Positions 24,238-34,700 of a DNA stretch of 64,000 nucleotides are shown here, piece by piece. The position numbers were made by a program, and so were the translations under genes. Each line of letters starts with the position of its first letter. Position 1 is the stretch's first letter. Under the pieces are notes generated by a model that was given only the letters and a program-made list of their open reading frames with translations, had not been told where the DNA came from and did not search any database. Origin of the DNA: Pseudogymnoascus verrucosus (Eukaryota); NCBI GenBank assembly GCA_001662655.1, contig KV460220.1; one strand, written 5' to 3'.

Positions 24238-26245
24238 ATGGCAATTCTGGACAAGTCTCACGGCATTATGGATGTTAACACGCCCAACAACACTAAGCTG
24301 CCTTCTTCGATTGAGGAGGGACAGACTCCAGCTGACCCTACGAACGAGAAGACCACTACGTCTGGCTCGTTGGAAAAGGTATCCGACTCAGAAGCCCAGG
24401 AAGACGAAAAGCCTAGCGAAGATGCGCAGAATGGTGTCAGGAAAATAGAGGCCGTGACTCTGGCTTGGTCGAAGAAATCGCTCGCTGGAGTTCTAATACT
24501 GTACGTCCTAGCATTGCCCCAACTTGCCCTTTGCATTACTGATATTCTTTCCTGCCAATAGTATCTGGCTCGTCACCCTGGTCAACAACTTTAAAGCCAC
24601 CGTTGTTGGCAGCTTAACTCCTTTTGCTACTAGCGATTGGAAGTCTCATTCGCTCTTAACGGTCATTGACATTGTTGCAAGTGCTATGACTGCAGCAGTC
24701 TATATCCCTATGGCTAAGCTGTTAGACGTCTGGGGTAGAGCTGAGGGTTTCCTTCTCATGTTGTGCTTGTGCACTCTGGGTCTAATTCTTATGGCTGCAT
24801 CTAAGAATCTTCCTACCTATTGCGCTGCTCAGGTAAGACAAATGTCAACCTCTCATTAAGGCCTATCCCCCCTGTCAGGAGTTCCAAAGCTAATAAAAAT
24901 GATAGGTCTTCTACTCTGTCGGCTTCGGAGGCCTCGCTTACAGCTGGAATGTCATTGCCACAGATGTTACGAACTTAAGAAATCGAGGTTTGGCGTTTGC
25001 CTTCACCTCTTCCCCGGCCGTGATCACGGCGTTCGCTGGATCAAAAGCTGCTGAAGGCTTCTACAACAATGTTAGCTGGCAATGGGGAATCGGCTGCTGG
25101 GCTATCATTTTCCCTTGCGTGGCTTTGCCCTTGTACTGGGTACTAAATCACAATCTTCGCAAAGCCGAAAAACAAGGAATCATTACCCAGGAGAAGAGTG
25201 GCCGAACTTTGCCACAACAGGTCTGGTATGTCATCAAGGAGTTCGACTGTAAGTGCCGAAAAATTCCTGTGTTGTAACAAAGTCATAATGCTGACATGCT
25301 TTGGAATCAACAGTACCGGGTGTCATCTTATTTGCCAGTGGCCTCATTTTATTCCTGTTGCCATTTACCCTGGCCGCCACCGCACCTAACGGATGGAAGA
25401 CCGGCTACATTATTGCCATGATCGTAGTAGGCATTGTACTTCTATGTCTTTTCGTTCTCCACCAGACTTACGTGGCTCCGACGCCATTCCTCAAATCTCG
25501 TTTCCTCCTTGACCGGACCGTCTTAGGGGCATGCCTCTTGGATGCCACCTACCAGATATCTTACTTTTGCTACGCCAGCTACTTCTCGTCCTTTCTGATG
25601 GTTGTCAACAACCTAACGATATCAGAGGCTGGATATGTGTCCAACACCTTCAGCGCTGTTGCATTTGTGTTCCTGTTTATCACCGGTTACATCATCCGCG
25701 TCACAGGCCGCTTCAAGTGGATCCTCTGGTTCTGCCTCCCGTTGTATGTCTTCGCATTGGGCCTAATGATTCATTTCCGACAGCCAAACGGATACATTGG
25801 TTACATCGTCATGTGCGAGATCTTCTTCTCTGTCTCTGGGGCCATCTTCATTCTCTGCGTCCAGCTGGCCGTTCTAGCCACCGTTGACCATCAATACGTC
25901 GCCTCGGTGCTCGCTTTCCTTTTCGTGAGTGGCACCATTGGTGGTGCCATAGGCAGTGCCGTCTCTGGAGCCATCTGGACAAACACGTTCAAGAAGGCCC
26001 TTGAGCGGTATCTACCAGAATCTGCCCAGCCAGACTTGCAAGCCATATATGAAAGTTTACCTGTGCAGCTCACCTATAAGGTTGGAACCCCCGAACGACT
26101 TGCAATCCAACAAGCCTACGGATATGCGCAGACGAGAATGCTTGCTGCTGGTTGCGCCGTGATGGTCTTGGGCTTTATCGCGGTCGCTATGATTAGAGAC
26201 ATCAATGTCAAGAAGATGTCCCAGACAAAGGGTACCGTGTTCTAA
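24238..26245 (+). CDS. mirB: Siderophore-iron MFS transporter (SIT family, MirB-like)
   Basis: AQNGVRKIEAVTLAWSK, KLLDVWGRAEG, DVTNLRNRG and AYGYAQTRML motifs. Introns ~24501-24561, ~24833-24906, ~25249-25312. Confidence 0.85.
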
Positions 26246-26509
26246 ATTCATTGCGATATACTGTACCAAGCGAAGAGTATATTACAGTAATTATAGATAT
26301 AGTATGTAACGCGAGGGTTGAAGATTTAATTAATCGGTTGATTCCTCTCGTTATGAATAGTATCGAACACCTTCGCATGAAAGCCCTTCGTCCCCGTCGT
26401 CGCACTCGTAGGATTGGCTGGAGTTAATTAAATGGGCTACTGCTGGATTGAACCAACCAGACCACTCGGTGGGAATTAGTATTTGTCAAAGCTCCACATC
26501 CACCAGCGG

Positions 26510-26562
26510 ATCAGATAAAAATCCCGCAGAATCTGATAACTTTAACTGTTATCAGATTCTGC
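26510..26562. promoter_or_regulatory. Three SreA/Sre1-type GATA sites (ATCWGATAA) upstream of estB
   Basis: ATCAGATAA at 26510, ATCTGATAA at 26531 and the reverse-strand site TTATCAGAT at 26549. The last two lie within a perfect 15-bp inverted repeat. Confidence 0.8.
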
Positions 26563-26853
26563 CAAGCCCCTGGAGCGGAGAAGCGACATCGGAAAGGGCA
26601 AAGATGTATGGCGACACTTGACCTGACAACGTTAAGCCGACCATATCCTTAGGTGTAATGGGGCCTACCAGATGTGGATCCGATTCTTCGAGTGGGTGGG
26701 GGGAAACTTACGTAGTGCAGCGTCAGCCTCGGGGATAATCTCTGGGCAGCAGGGCACAACTTCCCCATTCGCGACATTTTCACCGTCATCACACTCCGAG
26801 CAATTTTCCGACTTCACAAAAGCTACTTCGCTAGTATGCAATTCAGCCGTCAA

Positions 26854-27778
26854 ATGGGTGGCGAGACAACTGCAATTGCGCTTCCCAACTCGGAGCAGTT
26901 CTATCTGGACAATGAACGCGGGGAAACATATCTGATCCAGGTGTCGTGGCCACTGCATTGGCAGCATGATCGCACCTCTCACAGCGAGCTGCTTCCCATC
27001 ATGCAAGTACCCGCTGAAGATAACACAAGATAATTCTCTGACCGAAACTAGATATGTCGTCGACGGGAACGCATTATTCTTGACCGCGACGGAAGCTGCC
27101 TGGCGTCGCAAGGCTGCGTCACACTTCGCTGGCGGGGGCATCATTGTCGCCATCGGATATCCTCTGACCAGAAAGCTATACGATGCACGCCGGCGCAGCC
27201 TCGACCTAACCCCGCCTACACCAACTCCTGTACCTGGGCACGGAGGTGCAGATGAATTTGTCGATTTCATCGACAAGAAAGTTCGCCCAGCAGTCAAGGC
27301 AAGATTCCCACAAACGACTTCCTGGAGGGAAGCTATCTATGGCCATTCATATGGGGGGTTATTCGCCCTGCACGTTTTGTTTACACGCCCGCAGTTATTC
27401 GACTGTTATATAGCCAGTAGTCCCTCGATTTGGTGGAGTACTCGGTGCATATTAGACGAAGCAAAGGCGTTCTTGGAGGATAACACTTTAGATGGCCGGT
27501 TGCCGTCGCTGATGCTGTTCTATGGCTCTTTCGAGCAAAACCCGCCTCAATGGAATGACGAACCACTCGACCACTATGAAGGGCGAAAGCAAGTCGCCGC
27601 CGACTTCAGAATGTGTGACAATATCCTCGACCTCTGTGAGTTGCTGCGAGATTGCAATCGACTACATACGGTCTCGTTGAAGCCGTACGAGGGCGAGGAA
27701 CATACAAGTGTGATGGCATGCTCAATGAGTCGGAGCTTAACTGTATTCTTTGAAGAATGGCCTCTACCTCGTAAATAG
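26854..27778 (+). CDS. estB: Triacetylfusarinine C esterase (EstB / IroE-like alpha/beta hydrolase)
   Basis: LPNSEQFYLDNERGETYLIQVSWPLHW...LPIIYVVDGNALFLTATEAAWRR, nucleophile GHSYGG, ASSPSIWW, GEEH. Needs a GC-AG intron at 27003-27051. An alternative in-frame ATG lies at 26836. Confidence 0.88.
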
Positions 27779-28438
27779 ACGGTGGTGATAACTGTGGTGT
27801 TAAAGACGTTTTTCGGAATTGGATTGTCTGGGGCATAGGAGATGGTGGCGTTAGTGATATGAAACAGGCTAGCTAAGGTCATAAAGAGCATTAGATATTT
27901 CAAAGAAGATAAGACGTTTGTGGGAAGTATAGTGCTGCTAGTTCCAGGAGATATATTGATCTTGCAGCATGCGAGTATCGACACCTTCCTTAAAAACTGC
28001 CTTGATCGGAATATTAATACGGATTTCCAAAAATATATATCTTAGACTCGAACCGCAGAATGCTTTAATGAGGCTCGTATGTTTAATAAGCTAGTTGACC
28101 GAGCCCCGACGCCCCAGGAAGTTGATTCCTACGCAATCAGCGTCAATTAATAATCTTCCATGTATTGTGAAGTGGTCTCAGGTCACAACCCACCTGCCGA
28201 GAGCAACGAAACACTTTACTTTATGAGAAAGCATAGTAGGAGACTTGGAGTTAACGAGCCTACGAGTGTTGAATATGTGACATCCCGGCTCAAGCCGGAT
28301 GCATTTCCAAAGCCACCACGCAAAGAAATTTCACGAAACTGTCTCGTAGACGCGCCCCCATGTGCCGTTTTTATTTCAATCATATATGAACTATGAAATA
28401 TAGAACTAGATTATATTAGTTAGGGGCTAAAATTTAAC

Positions 28439-28852
28439 ATCTGTTCCGGCCCAACCACCAACTTCTCAGTTGGTGTTCGGCCGGCCTAACCGCCAACTCA
28501 AAGTAGCTTTGCACTATAATTTATATGTAAAGATACTTATTCTTAATTTCTTCTCTACTACTTTATAATAGTTAGCTAGTATAATAGCTACATCTATACT
28601 CTAATTATAACTACTTTTATATCTTCTAAAAGTAATTAAGTTGTAGCAATAACTATATTTTATTAAGTACTAGATAGTACTTATAAAGGCTACTTTTTAC
28701 CTACTAATTTACATAGAGAAGAACGTGCACAGTAAGTACCTTGTAAATAAGTAGCATTGCATAGAAATTACACCAAAAAGCTACCTTAGGTTGGTGGTGG
28801 TTAGGCCGGCCGAACGACCAACCTGAAAGTTTGGTGGTTCGGCTGGTCAGAT
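28439..28852. mobile_element. Degenerate non-autonomous DNA transposon (MITE-like) with ~105-bp imperfect terminal inverted repeats and a RIP-like AT-rich core
   Basis: Left arm atctgttccggcccaaccaccaac...gttcggccggcctaacc...gtagcttt...tacttatt (28439-28541) matches the reverse complement of 28746-28852. The interior is TpA-rich and non-coding. Confidence 0.7.
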
Positions 28853-29281
28853 ATCTTCGGAATAACAACACCCCGATTAATAATCGGACGTCATGGAACC
28901 AGTTACGAAACGCCATGATTCAAGAGCTCGCTAAATAGAGAAACTTGTCACAATGCTCTAAGAGAATGACAAATCTCGGGAGTATTACGAGTGATTAATG
29001 ATCTCTTTTAGATTTTGAGTTTTCTATATCCTTAAAAAGTTAGCTAATGCTAGTGTTTAGGATAAATATACACTAGCCCGGAATCTTGCTTGCACACATA
29101 TGCTTTATTCATGTTTCGTACATTCCTGTCACGGCTAAAGAATTACACCTCTGTAAGCCACTATTTAAAGCTCCGAGGTTTCCCAGCTAGAAATTTCACA
29201 AGTGTTATTTATGCTATAAAATTATATCTTATCGTAGCACTCCTTGTCTGCTTCTACTTCTTGTTAAATCCAGGGAGGGCT

Positions 29282-30393
29282 ATGTCCCAAAAGGCTCTTT
29301 TACTTCGAAAGGTGGGCACGCCACTGGCTCTGGGTGATCGCCCGATTCCTCAACCCGGTCAGAATCGGTTGTTGGTCAAGGTTCTCGTCGCTGGGCGTGA
29401 GTTTGACAAGTGATCCTGCGGAGGCGCACCGATGCTAACCCTCACCTTCTAGTCAACCCCCATGATCAGAGAACTCGCGACGCCGGCCTCTTCGTCACGA
29501 GCCTGCCTTATGTTCTTGCTAGCGATCTAGTCGGTGAAGTCGTGACCGTAGGCAGAGGGGAGCATTCTACGAAATTTGTCGTTGGCGATCATGTCTTTGG
29601 GCATACATTCGTCAAGGATGGTGATGCCAATGACTTTAATGGTCTTCAGCAATACGCTCTTGCGGACGCGCGATTCGTTGCCAAAGTGGCGGATACCGGT
29701 TTGGCCGATGATGAGGCATCAACAATACCAGTCATCGTGTTGGCTGGGTTCATTGCTCTCTTCTCCAGCTCTGGTCTTGGCCTTCCTCCGCCGTTCTCGC
29801 CGGCGGCAGGCTCCTTCGACTTCGCGGCCACCACTCTTCTAGTTGTCGGAGGCGGCTCTAACACTGGAAGGGCTACAATTGAACTGGCAAGGTTGGCAGG
29901 AATTGGACGAGTTATTGCAGTTGCCGGGCTTCACAATGAGGCCGAGCTCAAAGCCCGGGGGGCTTCCCATGTGATAGACCGGCACACCGCCGATGCGTTG
30001 GAACAAGTCCGCGCTATCACTGGAGATGACCTGATCTATGCGATTGACACGGTGAATACTGGTCAGGAACAGGAGCTTGGCGTTGCTGCACTTTCAAACT
30101 CGAAGCGAGGTACACTCATCACGCTCCGTCGAGCTGACGGAGAATTTGATCCTGACCGCATTGGCACGAAGACGGCAGGTTACGAGCGTAGGCTGGTGAT
30201 GGGCATCTCACCAGTACATCCGGAAGTAACGGTGGGCTTTTGGAGAGAGGTCCCTGCGTGGCTTAAAGATGGGAAGATTAAGCCAAGCAATTACAAGGTT
30301 GTGAAAGGTTTGGACGCAGATGCCATAAACGAGGCTCTGGATAGTTACCGGGACGGGAAGGTAGAAAAGACCAATGTCCACCCATGGGAGTAA
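29282..30393 (+). CDS. Medium-chain dehydrogenase/reductase (zinc-independent enoyl/quinone reductase-like)
   Basis: MSQKALLL...PIPQPGQNRLLVKVLVAGLNPHD (intron 29397-29452), VLASDLVGEV, VVGGGSNTG nucleotide-binding motif, LKARGASHVIDR. Confidence 0.85.
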
Positions 30394-30935
30394 GGAGTTT
30401 GCATGTAGTAAGGCACAAGTTCTCATATTCCCACATCGAGTATGACGTGAATCTGCAGATCCTTGAAGCGGAATTTACTTATCCACACTCTTTCTTCAGT
30501 CCTCAGCGACGTGTAAATCATGGGAGTTGCAAAGCTGAGATGATGTTGGAAGTGATTGTGATGACCAGCCACAAATTGATGAGGCTGCCGTTAAGCCCCA
30601 CCACAGGAGCCCAAGTGCCTTGTCCTTACTCATAGGCACACGCTTGAGGAGCACAAGCATTATGGCGAACGAATAATGAACAAAAATTCCTTCTCAATTG
30701 CTATTTTAATGTCTCCGAAGCGCGTCGCGCTCCACAATCAGACGACTTAATCTCCAATTTGGTAACGCAAGACGAATAGAACAATTTGAACTTCATCGAA
30801 TGTATAGTTTGTTTTCACTGTACTAGACTATCTAACTTGGCATCTTCTAAAGACGTAGTAGCAACTGACAAGAGAAAATCAGGTAGAAAGAGTGATAAAA
30901 ACCTCATTATTCCTGCTACTTCTGTCCAACGCAGC

Positions 30936-31943
30936 CTACTGATCATCTGTCAGCCCCACCATCTTCAACGAATCTTTCCAGAGCCGAGCCTCTTTCTCGG
31001 GATCATAAGCATGCCCTGCAAACCCTACACCAGTGATCTCGTGATTGTTGTTTCCACGGGTTGTTTTGCCGCACTCAGCAAGATATTCTCCACCCTTCTT
31101 GTCCCATTCCTGCCCAATCGCAGCCCACACCGTCGTTGCAGCGCCCTGCTCTGGTGACTTCATCATTTTGTAGGCCTTTTCGTCCGTTTTCAACGTTTCG
31201 ACCATAGCAGGGTCCATATGCTGCATCAATGCCGTCGCAATCATGCCAGGATGCACACTATTAGCGTGAAGGCCTCGCGATCCGTAGCGCCGCTCGATCT
31301 CATTGGTCATGAAGATGTTGGCGGTCTTTGATTGTCCATATGAAACCCAGTCATTATATTCAATTTTCTTAAAATTGTAGTCGCCTGATTCATTAATCGA
31401 GGCGACGTGATGGGCAGAAGAAGAGAGATTCACAACTCGAGATGAGAACTCAGCGGTGGTGCTAGCGAGGAGAGCTAGTTTCAAGAGCTCAAAGAGCAGA
31501 AAATGGGCGAGGTGGTTAACTCCAAACTGCATTTCAAAGCCGTCTTTCGTGTACTCCAACTTGGGCAGAGCCATGATACCGGCGTTGTTGACAAGGACGT
31601 TGACTTGGTTGTTCGACTTCTGGAGAATGGCTTTCGCGGCAGCACGCACACTGCTCAAGGAAGTATTGTCCATCTCAATGAGTTCAATACGCCCTGGTTC
31701 GAGGATCCTGTCCAGAGCAGTCTTGGCTTTGTTCAGGTCTCGTGCTGTCAACAATAGTCTTGCTCCAGTCAAAGACAGAGCGCGAGCTGTCTCGATCCCT
31801 ATTCCAGACGAAGTGCCTGTGATGACGATAACCTTCCCGGCTAGCTTGCCCTCTACTCCTTCGTCCTTGATAATCTGAAGGGCTGTCGGACGAGCGTCTC
31901 CCGGGCCACTAGGATTCAAATGAGCTTCTGCGTATCGGGACAT
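30936..31943 (-). CDS. Short-chain dehydrogenase/reductase (retinol dehydrogenase/WWOX-like)
   Basis: GPGDARPTALQI, TGTSSGIG, NNAGIM, GFEMQFGVNHLAHF, catalytic YGQSK, SVHPG. Confidence 0.92.
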   Translation of the reverse strand: MSRYAEAHLNPSGPGDARPTALQIIKDEGVEGKLAGKVIVITGTSSGIGIETARALSLTGARLLLTARDLNKAKTALDRILEPGRIELIEMDNTSLSSVRAAAKAILQKSNNQVNVLVNNAGIMALPKLEYTKDGFEMQFGVNHLAHFLLFELLKLALLASTTAEFSSRVVNLSSSAHHVASINESGDYNFKKIEYNDWVSYGQSKTANIFMTNEIERRYGSRGLHANSVHPGMIATALMQHMDPAMVETLKTDEKAYKMMKSPEQGAATTVWAAIGQEWDKKGGEYLAECGKTTRGNNNHEITGVGFAGHAYDPEKEARLWKDSLKMVGLTDDQ

Positions 31944-32342
31944 CGTGATTGAATAAGGGACCTGGCAGATTCGGTACTAGGTAATGGTTGAATGAAACGT
32001 TTCTGACAAGTCTTTAGTTTCAGCTTTCGGGAGCATAGGTGAACTATTTATCTTGCTATTTGTTGCATCAGACCCTTGGAATGGTTCGGAGCTTTTGTCT
32101 CTGTCACCAATATTCGGACCATGAAATATCCCAAGTGTAGCGCTATGTTTGGCCCTAATGAACTTACCAGAGGTGACCATCAGCCGCTTGATTTTTAGAG
32201 TTTAACATATCCTTATAACAAGGATAACGAATCAAGAGATTAAACTAGCATGGGCAATAGGCTTGGCCTGATATCCTAATAGCGTGACTAGTATGGTGTA
32301 GACGTGGCATTTTTGAGTTGCAATACCGCGCGCCAATCCGAT

Positions 32343-32776
32343 CTACAGCCCAAGAAAGTCCGACTGCTTTGAAATGTGGAATATGATTTGTAAACGCGGG
32401 ACTGGGCACTCCGTCCGTTCAGGAATTGAAGGCATTTCTACCGCGGCTCACTAAGGATCATATGCTGAGTCTGGAATCCACGCTAGCTTAGTTCCCTTGA
32501 TTTGTGTCGCTCACTATAAGGATATTAGTTGCACATCTCTCCGCCTCCGATTTCGACTACAGCTTAAGAAAGTCCGATTGCTTTGAAATGTGGAATATGA
32601 TTTGTAAACACGGGAACTAGGCACTACGTCCATTCGGGAAGGGAAGACATTTCCACCACGGTCCACTAAGGATCATATGCTGAGTCTGGAATCCACGCTA
32701 GCTTAGTTCCCTTAATTTGTGTCGCTCACTATAAGGATATTAGTTTGCCCATCTCTCCGCCGCCTCCGATTTCGAC
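32343..32776. repeat. Tandem direct duplication of ~215 bp in a divergent promoter
   Basis: Copy 1 ~32343-32556 and copy 2 ~32557-32776 both run ctacagc..aagaaagtccga...cactaaggatcatatgctgagtctggaatccacgctagcttagttccc...ctccgatttcga. Confidence 0.92.
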
Positions 32777-33036
32777 AATGTTGTGAACACATCACAACCA
32801 AATTCAACCTGAAATTACTCAGCCCACATTTCTATAGCGATAATACCGAGATCTTGGCATAATCTGCTGTTCTTCCACTCTCCTCATAGTCCTCTCTTAC
32901 TTTGACAGGTAACTTTCACCCCCCTCAACCCCCGAATTTACCACTGCAACCTGTTCACGCGAACCGGTGCATCCTTACGCTTCCCTTTAGGATTTGACGC
33001 TTCAATTCAGCAAGAGGCGAGCCAAGACAGCAAACA

Positions 33037-34305
33037 ATGGGTTCCTCTAGGACCGCGATTCCCCACTCACAGCGCGTGGCGCTACGCCACTATTATCAGA
33101 CTACCAACCCAAAGCCATCTCACTCTGCTCTTAAAATATGGTTCAAATTTCATTTCGGCCACGAGATCAGTCAGTCCATTGTCAGCCGAAGCCTAAACGA
33201 TAGCTTCGCTTATCTTGACATCTATGTTCCAACACGTCAAGTCGTCCCTAAGTTCCGTATGCGAAGCTGCCAATGGCCTTGGATAGATTTGTTGCTCTCC
33301 GATTGGCTTCATGTAGTAGAGGGTCTGTCAGGTAGAGTGTCGAACGACGTCATCAAACGCAAGGCCAGGCAGATATGGAACGACTCAGACGAGTCACAGG
33401 GTTTAGCGATGCCAAAATTCTCTTCGGGCTGGGTTGCCAAATTTAGGAAAAGACACGAGATGCAGCATCGGCCTCCTCCAGATCGACACCATGCCCTGGC
33501 GACACCCGGCCATTTAACTTCTTCGCCATCACATAATGGTTCTGTACAGACACTCGAACAAGCTCCTATTATATTTCCACCCAAGTCAAAGGCAATGACA
33601 AGGAATGTTCTCTCTAATAGTACCAGCCCCGACTCTGAATTCAGCACATCGACCACCCTCACCTTCTCCTCTGATCATCTAATTCACCTTATTCAACACA
33701 ACGTCTTCCGAGCATTAATCTCCAATAAGTCTCTACTTCGTACTGCAGCGATTTTTTTGAAAGCACCACATCCCGCTACACTCGGCAACGAATCCACTAC
33801 AAGGCTTTGTGGCGGCCTGACAGTCATCCGTCCACTTTCTGACCATAATATGCCTAGTTCACTATACCCAACGCTACTACAGATGAACTGTGTTCACACA
33901 AGCTGGATTGATATGTTTCCTTTCCCGAAGTTTCGAGATAATCTCATCAAGAAAGGTGTGGAGTTTGTGCCTGAAAAAATGCGCCAGGACCTCTTCGGTG
34001 ATATATTTCCAGACTTTGTCACACCGATCCCAGGCGGCAATGAGAGTGCGCTACTATCGACGCTGCCGTCAACCCCTGCAATCAGCGGTGCCAGCAACGA
34101 TAGGGAGTTTGGAAATCCAGACGATTACACAGCTGGGCGCAGATGTCTGATTACCTGGGGTGACCCGTGGAAAATCGAAAGCTGGGAAGTCACGCCCGGT
34201 TTTTTGAAGAGTTGGGGATGGGCATTAGAAGGATGTGATGATTTGATCCAAGCAAGTAATCGATGGCGAGCATTGAGAAATGAGGAGCTCATGACTTCTC
34301 CATAA
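33037..34305 (+). CDS. Putative transcription regulator: CENP-B/pogo-type HTH (ABP1_N + Tc5 HTH) fused to a DUF3425 domain
   Basis: N-terminus QRVALRHYY...LKIWFKFHFGHEISQSIVSRSL...WPWIDLLLSDW...VSNDVIKRKARQIW...FSSGWVAKFRKRH. C-terminus PSSLYPTLLQ...HTSWIDMFPFPKFRDNLI...WGDPWKIESWEVTPGFLKSWGWAL...SNRWRALRNE. No DDE domain, and the ORF is intact. Confidence 0.8.
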   Translation: MGSSRTAIPHSQRVALRHYYQTTNPKPSHSALKIWFKFHFGHEISQSIVSRSLNDSFAYLDIYVPTRQVVPKFRMRSCQWPWIDLLLSDWLHVVEGLSGRVSNDVIKRKARQIWNDSDESQGLAMPKFSSGWVAKFRKRHEMQHRPPPDRHHALATPGHLTSSPSHNGSVQTLEQAPIIFPPKSKAMTRNVLSNSTSPDSEFSTSTTLTFSSDHLIHLIQHNVFRALISNKSLLRTAAIFLKAPHPATLGNESTTRLCGGLTVIRPLSDHNMPSSLYPTLLQMNCVHTSWIDMFPFPKFRDNLIKKGVEFVPEKMRQDLFGDIFPDFVTPIPGGNESALLSTLPSTPAISGASNDREFGNPDDYTAGRRCLITWGDPWKIESWEVTPGFLKSWGWALEGCDDLIQASNRWRALRNEELMTSP

Positions 34306-34700
34306 TATGTGGATAATTTAGCTACCAAAGTTCCTCAGATATTGCATCCCACTCGATTGAATATCGGCTCGCTATGGGGAGGTGCAAAGCTCGTGAAGAA
34401 ATGATTATATGTGTGGTCTCAATGTTGACTGTGTAACCAGTTGTCAAAAGTAATCCCAGGCTTCAATCATTAATATTTGTGTCGTGGCTGGTTTCTTGTT
34501 GTCAAATACGTCGCAACTTTAAATGCACTAAGACAAGTCAAAGAGGACGGTACTCTGTTATCGATGGTGTGGGTTCTCTAAATGTGTTTTGGGGCGAGAA
34601 AACACTATATGCAACAAAAGGAATGTCAAATTAAATCACATTTTCTTCTGCGCAGGATACCTTCGAGAAGTCAATCCGAATTCGTTGCGCCTGTCGCGTC

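Noticed and set aside
33037..33470. Autonomous pogo/Fot1 transposon
   Set aside because: No DDE domain and no flanking TIRs. The HTH continues in frame into DUF3425.
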